Shown here piece by piece: positions 9,841 through 19,554 of a DNA stretch of 64,000 bases (positions are counted from its first letter, which is position 1; the number at the start of each line of letters is the position of its first letter). The position numbers and the translations under genes are program-made. Source of the DNA: a bacterium. Its GTDB lineage: Bacteria; Fidelibacterota; Marinisomatia; Marinisomatales; UBA1611. The stretch spans positions 54,563-118,562 of the forward strand of contig SGYO01000001.1 in the NCBI GenBank assembly GCA_004321745.1. Direction: 5' to 3'. The notes under the pieces are model-generated. The model saw only the letters and a list, made by a program, of their open reading frames with translations. It searched no databases and was not told the origin of the DNA.

Positions 9841-12255
9841 TTAATCACCCTTATTTTTAACATATTTTTCAAGCCACTGATCTTGCTCCCAGAGCATATG
9901 TAAAATACTTTCTTTAGCCCTGTAACCATGACTCTCGTTTGGGAGCATTACTAATCTGGCTGTAGCACCCAGACCTTTCAGTGCATTAAAGTATCTTTCA
10001 GACTGTAAGGGATATGTACCAGAGTTATTATCTGAATCGCCATGAATTATAAGCATAGGTGTTTTCATTTTATCTGCATGCATAAATGGTGACATGTTAT
10101 AGTAAACATCTGGCGCCTCCCAATAACTTCTTTCTTCGCTTTGAAAGCCGAATGGCGTCAAAGTTCTATTATATGCTCCACTCCTAGCTATCCCAGCAGC
10201 AAAATAATTTGAGTGCGATAATAAATTTGCCACCATAAATGCACCATAGCTATGGCCTCCAATAGCTATTCTATTTTTATCAACGTAACCAAAACTATTT
10301 ATTTTATCAATTGCAGCTTTTGCATTCCTTAAAAGTTGATTTCTAAAATCATCATTTGGTTCATCTTGACCTTCCCCAACAATGGGAAAAGAAACATTAT
10401 CTAGAATAGCATATCCTCTGGTAACCCAATAAACTGGAGATCCTGCATATAGGTAGGTAAATTGATTCGGATTTTTTGTTGTTTGTGATGCACTTGATTT
10501 ATCTTTGTATTCTCTTGGATAGGCCCACATTAAAAGCGGTAGTTTCTTCTTGTTATTAAAATCATATCCCTCTGGCAAGTATAAAGTAGCAGAAAGCTCT
10601 AACCCATCTTGCCTATTATACTTTATCACTTCTTTATGAACATTCTCAAGACTTTTGAATGGATTTGAAAAAAAGGTCATCTGATCAAGCTTCCCATTTA
10701 ATTCTCTAAAATAATAATTAGGATACTCGCTTGGCGACTCAATTCGAACAAATAGCTGCTTTAGTTCTGGTGAAAAATCTCTTATAGATTCCTTCTTATT
10801 TTGAATATTTGATTTATAGATTCTATTTTTTTTTAATGTGCTCACATTCAATTCATCTATAAATGGGAACTGACCCTTTGCAGTATATCCGTCCCCAATT
10901 AGGTAGGTCTTGTTGCCTCTTAATGATAATATATTTTCCCCGTACTCATTCCTCTCCTGAACAAAACTCCCTGGATCGTTGTATCTATCTTGATAGTTTC
11001 TATCTGATATAACAATCGATTCAACTTTAGAGTCTGAAGGATTAAAAAGATAGGTTTTAAGGTTACGATTGTTCCACCAATAATCAGAAGCTAAAGCTAA
11101 AGTATCATTACACCAATTAGATCTATAAAATCTATTTTTTGTTTTCAATAGTGATATTGGTTCTGATTTAAATGGAGCGTCAAGTTGAAAAAGCTCATCT
11201 CTAAACTCCACATCTTTTTGAGGGTCTCCATTATCTAAAGCATTTACAAAACACATCGAAGCAGGTTTATCTGATCTCCATGAAAAATTTCTAGGGCCAC
11301 TTCTAACAGACATACGTCCTTTAGGAAGCTCCTCAATTAAAGGAACCTCTGCTAAGACCTTTGCCTCTGCACCGCTTAATGAGAATACAGTATGCTCTGA
11401 TGGAAACCGATAATAAGGCACTAAATATGAAAAAGGCTTTTTTATAGTTGAGACTAAAATGAATTCACCATTTGGAGAAAAACTAATATTCCTATACATG
11501 TCTTTCTTCTTCCACCTTCTTTTACTACCATTAATGGATACTTTATAAAGCTCTGACAATGAAAGTATTTCAAAATTATCCTCATCATTTTTACTTTTCA
11601 ATAGATCTTGATATGTACGGTTCTGAGCTTTTGCCCCATCGTTTGTGGAAATTCTTGGACCAGTAGGTACTAGATCTTCACTTAATTTTATACTTTCAAT
11701 GTCTGAAGGAACAAACTTCACAAGCAAAGACCGACTATCTTTATACCAACTAAATACACTTCCTAAATTTGCATTAAGCCTTGGCCCTACGATTTTCTTT
11801 ATTTTTGCTTTCTTTACATCTAAAACCCATAACTCAACTCCTTCTCTAGTAGTATTCGTCATTGCTATCATATTTTGATCCGGAGACCATTTAATATTTG
11901 ATATCTGTGGGTTTTTAGGAAGACCTTTAACGTTTATTATATCTGAATCTTCATCGCTAATTAATGATATTTTTAAATTGCTATAGTAATTGATTCTACT
12001 CCCAATGTTCTTTTTTGGATTAATTCTTAAACCCGCAAGCCTGAGTTCCTTTTCAGATAATTGCTCAATAGTTTTATAATTATCTCGGTATAAATAAACC
12101 ATATATTCTTTTTTTTCATCTATCAATACTCTTGGGGGCAAAGCGACATCAATTAGCTCAAGGATTTTCTCTGGAGGAGATTGATAGGATAAGTCTTCTT
12201 GGGCGTTTAAATAGAAAAAGAGTGAAATGAAAAAGATGAGGTTTTTATATCTCAT
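9841..12255 (-). CDS. S9 family serine peptidase (glutamyl endopeptidase-like, S9D)
   Basis: Signal peptide, propeller region, GGHSYGAFM nucleophile, ARSGAYNRTLTPFGFQ, IHG..DNN.GT, ESHGY. Confidence 0.93.
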   Translation of the reverse strand: MRYKNLIFFISLFFYLNAQEDLSYQSPPEKILELIDVALPPRVLIDEKKEYMVYLYRDNYKTIEQLSEKELRLAGLRINPKKNIGSRINYYSNLKISLISDEDSDIINVKGLPKNPQISNIKWSPDQNMIAMTNTTREGVELWVLDVKKAKIKKIVGPRLNANLGSVFSWYKDSRSLLVKFVPSDIESIKLSEDLVPTGPRISTNDGAKAQNRTYQDLLKSKNDEDNFEILSLSELYKVSINGSKRRWKKKDMYRNISFSPNGEFILVSTIKKPFSYLVPYYRFPSEHTVFSLSGAEAKVLAEVPLIEELPKGRMSVRSGPRNFSWRSDKPASMCFVNALDNGDPQKDVEFRDELFQLDAPFKSEPISLLKTKNRFYRSNWCNDTLALASDYWWNNRNLKTYLFNPSDSKVESIVISDRNYQDRYNDPGSFVQERNEYGENILSLRGNKTYLIGDGYTAKGQFPFIDELNVSTLKKNRIYKSNIQNKKESIRDFSPELKQLFVRIESPSEYPNYYFRELNGKLDQMTFFSNPFKSLENVHKEVIKYNRQDGLELSATLYLPEGYDFNNKKKLPLLMWAYPREYKDKSSASQTTKNPNQFTYLYAGSPVYWVTRGYAILDNVSFPIVGEGQDEPNDDFRNQLLRNAKAAIDKINSFGYVDKNRIAIGGHSYGAFMVANLLSHSNYFAAGIARSGAYNRTLTPFGFQSEERSYWEAPDVYYNMSPFMHADKMKTPMLIIHGDSDNNSGTYPLQSERYFNALKGLGATARLVMLPNESHGYRAKESILHMLWEQDQWLEKYVKNKGD

Positions 12256-12264
12256 TATAAAAGA

Positions 12265-13143
12265 CTATTTAAAAAATTTAGGGACTAGAACAGGTGTGCT
12301 CTCTTTGTATTTTTTATAATCTTCTTGATCACCCCAAGTCTTGTCTGCATGCCTTTCTAGAATTGGGATTCCGCTGACTTTTGTCAAAAGCCAAAATACA
12401 AATATTGGTGAAATAAGACTGAAATATTGATATCCTTGTAGTACAGGAAAAGCAATAATAGTTGTCCCAAGCCACAAAACTATTTCCCCAAAATAATTTG
12501 GATGCCTTGATAAAGACCATAGGCCTGAACTAATAAAAGAGTCTGGGTTTTGAACTTTAAATTTTCTTTTTTGATAATCTGATATTGATTCAAATAAAAA
12601 TCCAAAAATCCATAAAGCACACCCGATATAAAAATATGCTCCAGGCTCAATAATATTTCGGGAACATATCGCAGTTATACCTGATACAGATGTAAGAAAA
12701 ACCCACATCCCTTGCATGGTCCATGTTCTTAAAAAAAGTGGAAAAGATGTTTTCCATTCTTTAAACCGTCTATCTTCCCTGTCTTTCAATATTCTAAGAA
12801 AAAGGTAACTCCCCAATCGCAATGCCCATATTAAGATAAATACCGTAATAGCGATCGATCTAAAATCAAATTCATTACCTAAAAACTGATTTTTATTATA
12901 GAAGGCTATCAAGGCTACTATTATAAATGTTAAGCTCCCTGTTAAATCATAAAATCGCTCTGTCGACCAATAATAGGACGGGATGAAAACTAACCATTGA
13001 ATGATAAAAGTCACACTTATACATAAAAATAGTACAGGGAAAGAACCTGAAATCAAACCCCCTTGAGCACTAGCTAAAGCTATTAAAATACATATACATG
13101 TGGAAATTATTATTGTTGCGTATGCTTGTAATGTCTCTTTCAT
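12265..13143 (-). CDS. DUF1295 / steroid 5-alpha-reductase-like membrane protein
   Basis: FYDLTGS, WALRLG, EDRRF, GLWSLSRHPNYFGE, VSGIPILE. Confidence 0.9.
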   Translation of the reverse strand: MKETLQAYATIIISTCICILIALASAQGGLISGSFPVLFLCISVTFIIQWLVFIPSYYWSTERFYDLTGSLTFIIVALIAFYNKNQFLGNEFDFRSIAITVFILIWALRLGSYLFLRILKDREDRRFKEWKTSFPLFLRTWTMQGMWVFLTSVSGITAICSRNIIEPGAYFYIGCALWIFGFLFESISDYQKRKFKVQNPDSFISSGLWSLSRHPNYFGEIVLWLGTTIIAFPVLQGYQYFSLISPIFVFWLLTKVSGIPILERHADKTWGDQEDYKKYKESTPVLVPKFFK

Positions 13144-13158
13144 GATATTTGACTAGGT

Positions 13159-15300
13159 TTAACTTTTTTTACCAGCAAGGTCCAATAAAAAAGCATATTC
13201 TAAAGCAACTTCTTTATAAATCCTAAATCGCCCTGATTTACCACCATGCCCTGCATCCATGTTCATATGAATGTATAATTTATTATCGCCCTGCCAATGA
13301 TCTCTTAATTTGGCAACATATTTCAATGGCTCCCAATATTGGACTTGAGAGTCAAAAAACCCTGATGTAACTAAAATGTTAGGATATGTTTTATCTTCAA
13401 TTTGATCATACGGAGAATAAGACAACATATAATCATAATATTCTTTTTCTCTGGGATCACCCCATTCATCCCACTCATTCGATGTAAGAGGTATTGATGG
13501 ATCAAGCATTGTGGTAACGACATCAACAAAAGGAACTGCTGAAATTGCGCCTTTCCAAAGATCTGGCTTCATATTAATTACTGCGCTGATCAAAAGGCCT
13601 CCGGCACTTCCTCCTGAACAGAATAATTGATCTGAGCTAGTATATCTTTCATTGACCAAATATTTGCCAGCATCGATGAAATCATAAAAAGTATTTTTCT
13701 TTTTTAATAGCTTCCCATCCTCGTATGACTTGCGACCGAATATTTGGCTACCTCTAACATTTGTTAACGCATAAATGAAACCTCGATCTAATAAACTTAA
13801 TCTAGTAGAACTAAAATACGGGTCTGATGTAGAACCATATGAACCATAGGAGTAGAGTAAAAGTGGCTGAGGCTCATTAATTCTCATATCTTTACGAAAT
13901 ACTAGATAAATTGGTATTTTTTCACCATCTCTCGATGTAGCATATACAGTTTCTGCATCATATAAATCTTTGTCGTACCCTTTCCCAATAACCTCCGTTT
14001 GTTTCAGAAGGGTCTTTTCTTTTGTTTCCATATTATAATCATAAACAGAAGAAGGTGTCAGCATTGAAGAATAGCCATATCGTAAAATATTAGTATTATA
14101 TTCCTCATTGGTAGAGATGTAAGCAGAATAAGTTTTTTCTTCAAAATCAATGTAGCTATCATCTCCAGAGGACATATTCTTTATTCTAATTGCTCGAAGT
14201 CCATCTTTCCTTTCACTTAAGACTAAATAATTTTTGAATATTTCTAGCCCTAAAAGGTGAACTTCATCACGATGAGGTATTACCTCCTCCCAATTTGATA
14301 GCTCAGTTTGATTTACTTTTGTACGCATTAAACGGTTATTTGGAGAGTTTTTATTTGATATTATATAAAAATAATCCTCATAATGCTGGATATCGTACTC
14401 ATGCTTTTCCCCCCGAGGCGAAAAATTTATAAATTTACCATCTGGCTCATTGGCATCTAAAATATGATAATCACTAACTAGAGTACTACTATTATATATG
14501 ATAATATATTGCCCTGATTTAGATCTGTAAACTCCATTATAATAGGTTTCATCTTTCTCATGGTATACTAATTGATCTTGGTCAGAATGAGTTGAAAGTT
14601 TGTGCTTATATATTTTTTCTCCTAGTAATGTGACTTTATTTTTTAAGGTATAAAAGACAGTTTCATTATCATTAGCCCAGGCAACACCACCTGTAGTATT
14701 TGAAATTGTATGTTCTAAATTTTCTCCGGAAATTAAATTCTTAAAGTGTACTTTGTAAAACCTGCGGCTTAAGGTGTCTACACCGTATGCAAGCAATTTA
14801 TTGTCAGGACTAATGGACATACCACCTATGGCAAAATAATCATACCCCTCTGCTAAAACATTCACATCAAGAATGATCTGTTCATCATTATTTAAATTTT
14901 TATATTTTCTACAGTATATAGGGTATTCCTTTTTGTCTTCATATCTAACATAATAATAATACCCGTTTTCTAGGTATGGTACAGACTGATCATCTTTTTT
15001 AATTCGTCCGACCATCTCATCATATAAAGCTTTTTGCAGTGGTTTTGTATGCTTTAAACTCTTATTTAGATATTCTGTTTCATCATCAATATAATTGATA
15101 ACATCCTGAGTCTGTGAATCATATTTTTTTGCTGATTTTTGCTCATCGGTTAAGCGCATCCAATAATAATTATCAGTCCTAACATGGTCATGCGTTTTGA
15201 TCTCCTTAGGAATCTTTTTTACATCAGGGGGAGTAGAATTTGTCGAGCATGAGGCCATAATTACGATTATCAGTGATATGTATAATTTAAAAGTCTGCAA
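13159..15300 (-). CDS. ptrB: Oligopeptidase B (protease II, S9A), probable lipoprotein
   Basis: RTDNYYW, GGSAGGLL, VPFVDVVTTMLD..IPLT..EW.EWGDP, DSQVQYWEP, AGHGG. Start moved to TTG 15300 (MQTFKLYISLIIVIMASC) because the track start lies inside a tRNA. Confidence 0.92.
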   Translation of the reverse strand: MQTFKLYISLIIVIMASCSTNSTPPDVKKIPKEIKTHDHVRTDNYYWMRLTDEQKSAKKYDSQTQDVINYIDDETEYLNKSLKHTKPLQKALYDEMVGRIKKDDQSVPYLENGYYYYVRYEDKKEYPIYCRKYKNLNNDEQIILDVNVLAEGYDYFAIGGMSISPDNKLLAYGVDTLSRRFYKVHFKNLISGENLEHTISNTTGGVAWANDNETVFYTLKNKVTLLGEKIYKHKLSTHSDQDQLVYHEKDETYYNGVYRSKSGQYIIIYNSSTLVSDYHILDANEPDGKFINFSPRGEKHEYDIQHYEDYFYIISNKNSPNNRLMRTKVNQTELSNWEEVIPHRDEVHLLGLEIFKNYLVLSERKDGLRAIRIKNMSSGDDSYIDFEEKTYSAYISTNEEYNTNILRYGYSSMLTPSSVYDYNMETKEKTLLKQTEVIGKGYDKDLYDAETVYATSRDGEKIPIYLVFRKDMRINEPQPLLLYSYGSYGSTSDPYFSSTRLSLLDRGFIYALTNVRGSQIFGRKSYEDGKLLKKKNTFYDFIDAGKYLVNERYTSSDQLFCSGGSAGGLLISAVINMKPDLWKGAISAVPFVDVVTTMLDPSIPLTSNEWDEWGDPREKEYYDYMLSYSPYDQIEDKTYPNILVTSGFFDSQVQYWEPLKYVAKLRDHWQGDNKLYIHMNMDAGHGGKSGRFRIYKEVALEYAFLLDLAGKKS

Positions 15301-15317
15301 ATGAGCAATTAAAAAAG

Positions 15318-15390
15318 CTCCGGAGGAGGGACTCGAACCCCCGACAAAGTGGTTAACAGCCACCTGCTCTACCAACTGAGCTACTCCGGA
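15318..15390 (-). tRNA. tRNA-Asn (GTT)
   Basis: TCCGGAG TAGCTCAGTTGGTAGAGC AGGTGG CT-GTT-AA CCACT TTGTC GGGGG TTCGAGT CCCTC CTCCGGA G; full cloverleaf, CCA not encoded. Confidence 0.97.
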
Positions 15391-15503
15391 ATATCAATTA
15401 ATTATTTTTAAATATCAAAAAGAGAAGGAATTTAAATCGTTTTTTTTTGATTATGACATAAAACGTACATTTTTTTATATTTTTCTCTAATAAAAATTGC
15501 TAT

Positions 15504-16595
15504 CTAAATATCATAATGAAAACTCAAATTCCGTAAAATACTGTTTGGCAAATCTGGTAGATCAGATCTTGGAATTAAAAAGGTGGTCAAACTACTAAGA
15601 TCTTCAAAAACTCTGTGCTTAGTTAAAGCTTTTTTTAGATACTGAGCTCCCACCGAACCTCCTGTGCCTATTTTTTTACCAATCATCCTGGTTGCTAATA
15701 AATGATGTTTATACCTCCAAGTAGTTAAAAGCTCATCTAAATCAATCAATTTACTTAAAAGCCTATAGGGGTTATGAAGTATTGCTTGGTCACGGTATAG
15801 TAATATTAATAATGCTGCATGAGTTGCTTTATAAGATAATCTGAATTGACCTTCATCAATCATTTTATTAAAAACAGACTCATTAAACAAAGAATTAAAC
15901 ATTTTCTCTGTAGCATTGTACTGATTAAAATAACTCTCTTTTTCAAAATCGCCTAGGACATCATTTTCTTCAATTATTTTTTTATCATTCAATATCATTT
16001 TTGATACAGCAGCTTTGTATTGTTCCCAAAAATTGTAATCTTCTGCTGCTAAAAAAGGGGTCCTCTCCAACCATTTCTCAATAAGAATAAATAAAGATTC
16101 TGAATTTTCTGAATCTAAAACTTTATTTAAATCGTCTTGATGTACTTTCGTTTTATAATCTTTGCCACCGTAAACATGTCGACTATCTTTGCGTAATCCA
16201 ATTTTATTTTCAATTTGTCTAAATTGGCCACTTTGAAACCCTGAAGCAGGCGTAAGTAAATCTCTAAACTCTAAAAAATCCATAGGCGTCATGGTTTCTA
16301 AAATTTTAATCTGATCAATTAGTAATTGAATAATTTCATTAATTCTGTGAAGCCTACTAACTGCTATCCCAACTTGTGACTCATCTATTACTTTTGCATG
16401 AAATACTTCAAAAATTGAATCTATTTCAAATAAAATCTGCTTAAACCATAACTCGTATACTTGATGGGTAATAATAAATAACATTTCGTCATGTGCTGTT
16501 TTACCTTTTTTTTCACTGATTAGCTTTTGAGCATTTAAGAGTGCGTCTAAATTCAGGTAATTTCGATAATTAGGAGTGTTATTTCCCTTTTTCAT
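15504..16595 (-). CDS. kynA: Tryptophan 2,3-dioxygenase (long, eukaryote-like form)
   Basis: YLNLDALLNAQ, HDEMLFIITHQVYELWFKQI, ETMTPMDFLEFRD.L.PASGFQS, RMIG.KIGTGGS.G. An alternative TTG start lies at 16613. Confidence 0.95.
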   Translation of the reverse strand: MKKGNNTPNYRNYLNLDALLNAQKLISEKKGKTAHDEMLFIITHQVYELWFKQILFEIDSIFEVFHAKVIDESQVGIAVSRLHRINEIIQLLIDQIKILETMTPMDFLEFRDLLTPASGFQSGQFRQIENKIGLRKDSRHVYGGKDYKTKVHQDDLNKVLDSENSESLFILIEKWLERTPFLAAEDYNFWEQYKAAVSKMILNDKKIIEENDVLGDFEKESYFNQYNATEKMFNSLFNESVFNKMIDEGQFRLSYKATHAALLILLYRDQAILHNPYRLLSKLIDLDELLTTWRYKHHLLATRMIGKKIGTGGSVGAQYLKKALTKHRVFEDLSSLTTFLIPRSDLPDLPNSILRNLSFHYDI

Positions 16596-16644
16596 GATTA
16601 AAGGGCACGCCAACTTTTCATAAGCTGAAAGTCAATTATAATAT

Positions 16645-18507
16645 TTACATTTCCTTTTCAGCTTTAAGGGGAAGGTTATCTATGAACATTCCAGAGTCTC
16701 TTTGAACTTCACTCATATATACAACTCCATTTTCATCATGAGGGTCAGCAAAGGTTGCATGTATAGACTTTAATCCTCCTAGCCACCATCGGCTATCTTG
16801 TATATATACTAGATCCCCCTTATTCGCATTGATAGTCTTCATATCATCCTTCGAAAATGAAACCATGTCTTTGCCTAGATCTTTCACTTTAAAATTGACT
16901 ACTACAGGTTTCCCTGTAGCTTCATTTATGCTAGAACCTTTAAAGATTTTTTTGAGCTTATGAATATCAAAAACAGTTAGTCCTGTTAACTGTTTATCAG
17001 CATTTGGTTTTGTAAAAAAAGTTACAATAACACCGACTCCTGCACACACAAATAAATTATACAATGCCCCAATGTAGGAGTACCCTCTACCAGGTCTGAG
17101 TTCTATACCATGGGAAAAAGGACTAATAAGTGATGGATACATTTGGCCTAAAATCATTAAAAATGCACCAAGAATGAATGTTGCAATGACAGCAGTAGAT
17201 GTAAATCTTTTCCAAAAAATACCTAAAAATACGCCTACAACCAAAGGTGGTGTGAAAGTTGAATGAAACCAACCATGCGCTTCATATATAGATTCAAATG
17301 AATTAAAAAAGGGGACTAAACATACCGCAATCACTTTTACAACAACTGATGCAAGCCTTGCTAATCTTAACTGTTCTTCATCTGAAGATTTATTTTTAGT
17401 TAAAGGTCGATAAATATCATTAATAATTACTGATGATGAAGCATTTACCAACGTATCAGAAGTAGACATTAAAGCAGCGCACAGTGCAGCAATTATAAAA
17501 CCAAAAACCCCAGGCGAGGTTATCAAATTTGCAACAGATACAAATACATCATTTGGTGCAAGGTCAATGGGAAGAGCCCCAGGGACAGAGTTTGATATTG
17601 CCTTGCCTATCCATCCTGCATTAGAAACCACAATCGCTGATATTGGTAATATTACCAATACATTAAAAGCAGCTGCCTTTCTACCTTCATTAACACTTCT
17701 AGCAGCCATAAATCTCATTATAAGTCCCTGATTTAAAAACAAAAAGCCAATTGAACCAGCAATACCATCTTGCCAAAATATTCCAACAAAATTAAAATCT
17801 GGAGGCGAATTAAAATTAGCTAAAGGTAGCTTTTCAGCAGGTGTTAGATTATCCCACAAGGCTTTGAGACCTGATGCATATGGAGTATTCTCAACTAAAA
17901 AATTCAATCCAAGGGTAAATAAAAGTAACCCAGCAAAAATCAATATAAAGCCTTGTATTAAATCAGTAAAAATGACTGATGTTTGACCCCCAAAATGCAT
18001 ATATATAGTAGTTGCAATAGCAATCAGTACCACTGTTAACATAAGAGGTATCCCATATATTTTATATAAGGCAGTAGCTAAAGTAAGAAACTGAATTGCG
18101 ATGTATCCTATCATATACATTAAGATCATAAATGTAGCAATATACCTTGCTTCTCTACTGAATCTTTTCTCAAAATATTCTGGAATTGAACCTAGTTTCA
18201 TGTAATATATTATCGGAAGCCAGCCAAATAGAAACAAGGGCATAAAAAACCAATCGTTCATATATGTCATTGTAGAAGAAAAGCCATACTGATATGCTTT
18301 AGTTGAATATTTAACGAAACTATGCGAACCAATACCAGTGGCCACAATTGAAATTGTGATTAACCACCAAGCAAACCTTCTTCCGCCAAAGAAATAATCT
18401 GATGTTGTTTTACTATACTTACCAAAATAAGCACCAAATCCCATCACCACTGCGAAGTAGGCAAGTATAACTATTCTATCAAGATTTGTTCCTAAAATAT
18501 TCTCCAT
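16645..18507 (-). CDS. Sodium:solute symporter (SSS) with a C-terminal soluble extension
   Basis: DYFFGGR, SIPEYFEKRF, GG.TSVIFTDLIQ, AALMSTSDTLVN, LGIFWKR; about 13 TM helices. Confidence 0.93.
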   Translation of the reverse strand: MENILGTNLDRIVILAYFAVVMGFGAYFGKYSKTTSDYFFGGRRFAWWLITISIVATGIGSHSFVKYSTKAYQYGFSSTMTYMNDWFFMPLFLFGWLPIIYYMKLGSIPEYFEKRFSREARYIATFMILMYMIGYIAIQFLTLATALYKIYGIPLMLTVVLIAIATTIYMHFGGQTSVIFTDLIQGFILIFAGLLLFTLGLNFLVENTPYASGLKALWDNLTPAEKLPLANFNSPPDFNFVGIFWQDGIAGSIGFLFLNQGLIMRFMAARSVNEGRKAAAFNVLVILPISAIVVSNAGWIGKAISNSVPGALPIDLAPNDVFVSVANLITSPGVFGFIIAALCAALMSTSDTLVNASSSVIINDIYRPLTKNKSSDEEQLRLARLASVVVKVIAVCLVPFFNSFESIYEAHGWFHSTFTPPLVVGVFLGIFWKRFTSTAVIATFILGAFLMILGQMYPSLISPFSHGIELRPGRGYSYIGALYNLFVCAGVGVIVTFFTKPNADKQLTGLTVFDIHKLKKIFKGSSINEATGKPVVVNFKVKDLGKDMVSFSKDDMKTINANKGDLVYIQDSRWWLGGLKSIHATFADPHDENGVVYMSEVQRDSGMFIDNLPLKAEKEM

Positions 18508-18719
18508 TAACTACTCCCAATTGCCAGATAAATAAAAAGAGCATGAATGAAAGCATAAAAGAAATATCCATAAAATAATATCCATATCCACTTTTTATGG
18601 ATTTCATACGATACTCTTAGAGCGCCGGTCTTATAAATCAAAAAAGTACCAAGTAAAAATGCAATACCCCCTACACCGTACAAATAAAAAAATGGCAACC
18701 AAGTTTGATAAAAGTTCAT
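18507..18719 (-). CDS. Small two-TM membrane protein coupled to the symporter
   Basis: 70 aa with two hydrophobic helices; start and stop overlap both neighbours (ATGA, TAATG). Confidence 0.75.
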   Translation of the reverse strand: MNFYQTWLPFFYLYGVGGIAFLLGTFLIYKTGALRVSYEIHKKWIWILFYGYFFYAFIHALFIYLAIGSS

Positions 18720-19213
18720 GACGAAAGTTCCAAATTATTAAAGGAAAATTTTAAATCAGAATATGTGTCAGCCAAGCCCTGAACATGGACCTTCGTATTA
18801 CCAACTACTGGCATAAAATTAGTATCCCCTCTCCACCTTGGGATGATATGATAATGTAAATGCTCAGCAATACCAGCACCTGCTGAAGCACCTATATTAG
18901 CACCAAAATTAAATCCCTCGGCATTTAATTTTTCCCTTATAATCTTCATAGATTGAGAAGATACCTTCATTATTTCAAGCAAAACTTCCTCGCCTAATTC
19001 TTCGGGTTTGTCAACAATTTCATTAGGAACAACTAATAAATGCCCATTGTTATATGGATAAAGATTCATGCAAACAAAAGAATACTTTCCTCGAAAAAGA
19101 ATCATATTCTCCTCATCGTTACCACTTTCTAACTTTTTAGAAAATGTATTGCTCGAGTCCTTTTTTGGGGCTCGCACATATTCCATACGCCATGGCGCCC
19201 ATATATTATCCAA
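18716..19213 (-). CDS. HIT family nucleotide hydrolase (Ap4A phosphorylase/Fhit-like)
   Basis: IWAPWRMEYV, NLYPYNNGHLLVVP, AGAGIAEHLHYHIIPRW.GDTNF. Confidence 0.93.
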   Translation of the reverse strand: MDNIWAPWRMEYVRAPKKDSSNTFSKKLESGNDEENMILFRGKYSFVCMNLYPYNNGHLLVVPNEIVDKPEELGEEVLLEIMKVSSQSMKIIREKLNAEGFNFGANIGASAGAGIAEHLHYHIIPRWRGDTNFMPVVGNTKVHVQGLADTYSDLKFSFNNLELSS

Positions 19214-19293
19214 AACAATGCCTTTTTAATTTTATATAATCCATTATCAATAAATATCTAAAAAGTTTAACTAAATATATGTAATAGTACTAA

Positions 19294-19554
19294 TTAAAGT
19301 TCTAACCTAGTTGCGTCATTAATGTATTTACGTAGAGCAGGAACAATGTAAAGACCCTCTAGGTCGTAATCTTTAAAACAACTTGCAATAATATTTAACC
19401 GCTGTTCTATCGGTTTCATGTTGTTAATTACAATGACTTTTTCTTCATTAACAATACAACTACCCCCAGAAAAGTCACCTTTCCCTTTCATGATTTTCAC
19501 ATCTAATTTTTCAGCTAGAGAATGGAATTCTTCTAATAGTTCTTTATTTTTCAA
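19294..19554 (-). CDS. Hypothetical protein
   Basis: 86-aa ORF abutting manC; LAEKLDVKI..GKGDFSGGSC…LYIVPALR looks like a real protein. Confidence 0.7.
   Translation of the reverse strand: MKNKELLEEFHSLAEKLDVKIMKGKGDFSGGSCIVNEEKVIVINNMKPIEQRLNIIASCFKDYDLEGLYIVPALRKYINDATRLEL

Noticed and set aside
15301-15375. N-terminal extension MVEQVAVNHFVGGSSPSSGA of the ptrB track ORF
   Set aside because: It is the tRNA-Asn gene read as codons.
15318-15390. tRNA-Asn as an island or prophage integration site
   Set aside because: No integrase, no duplicated tRNA 3' end noticed, and no compositional shift in the flanks.
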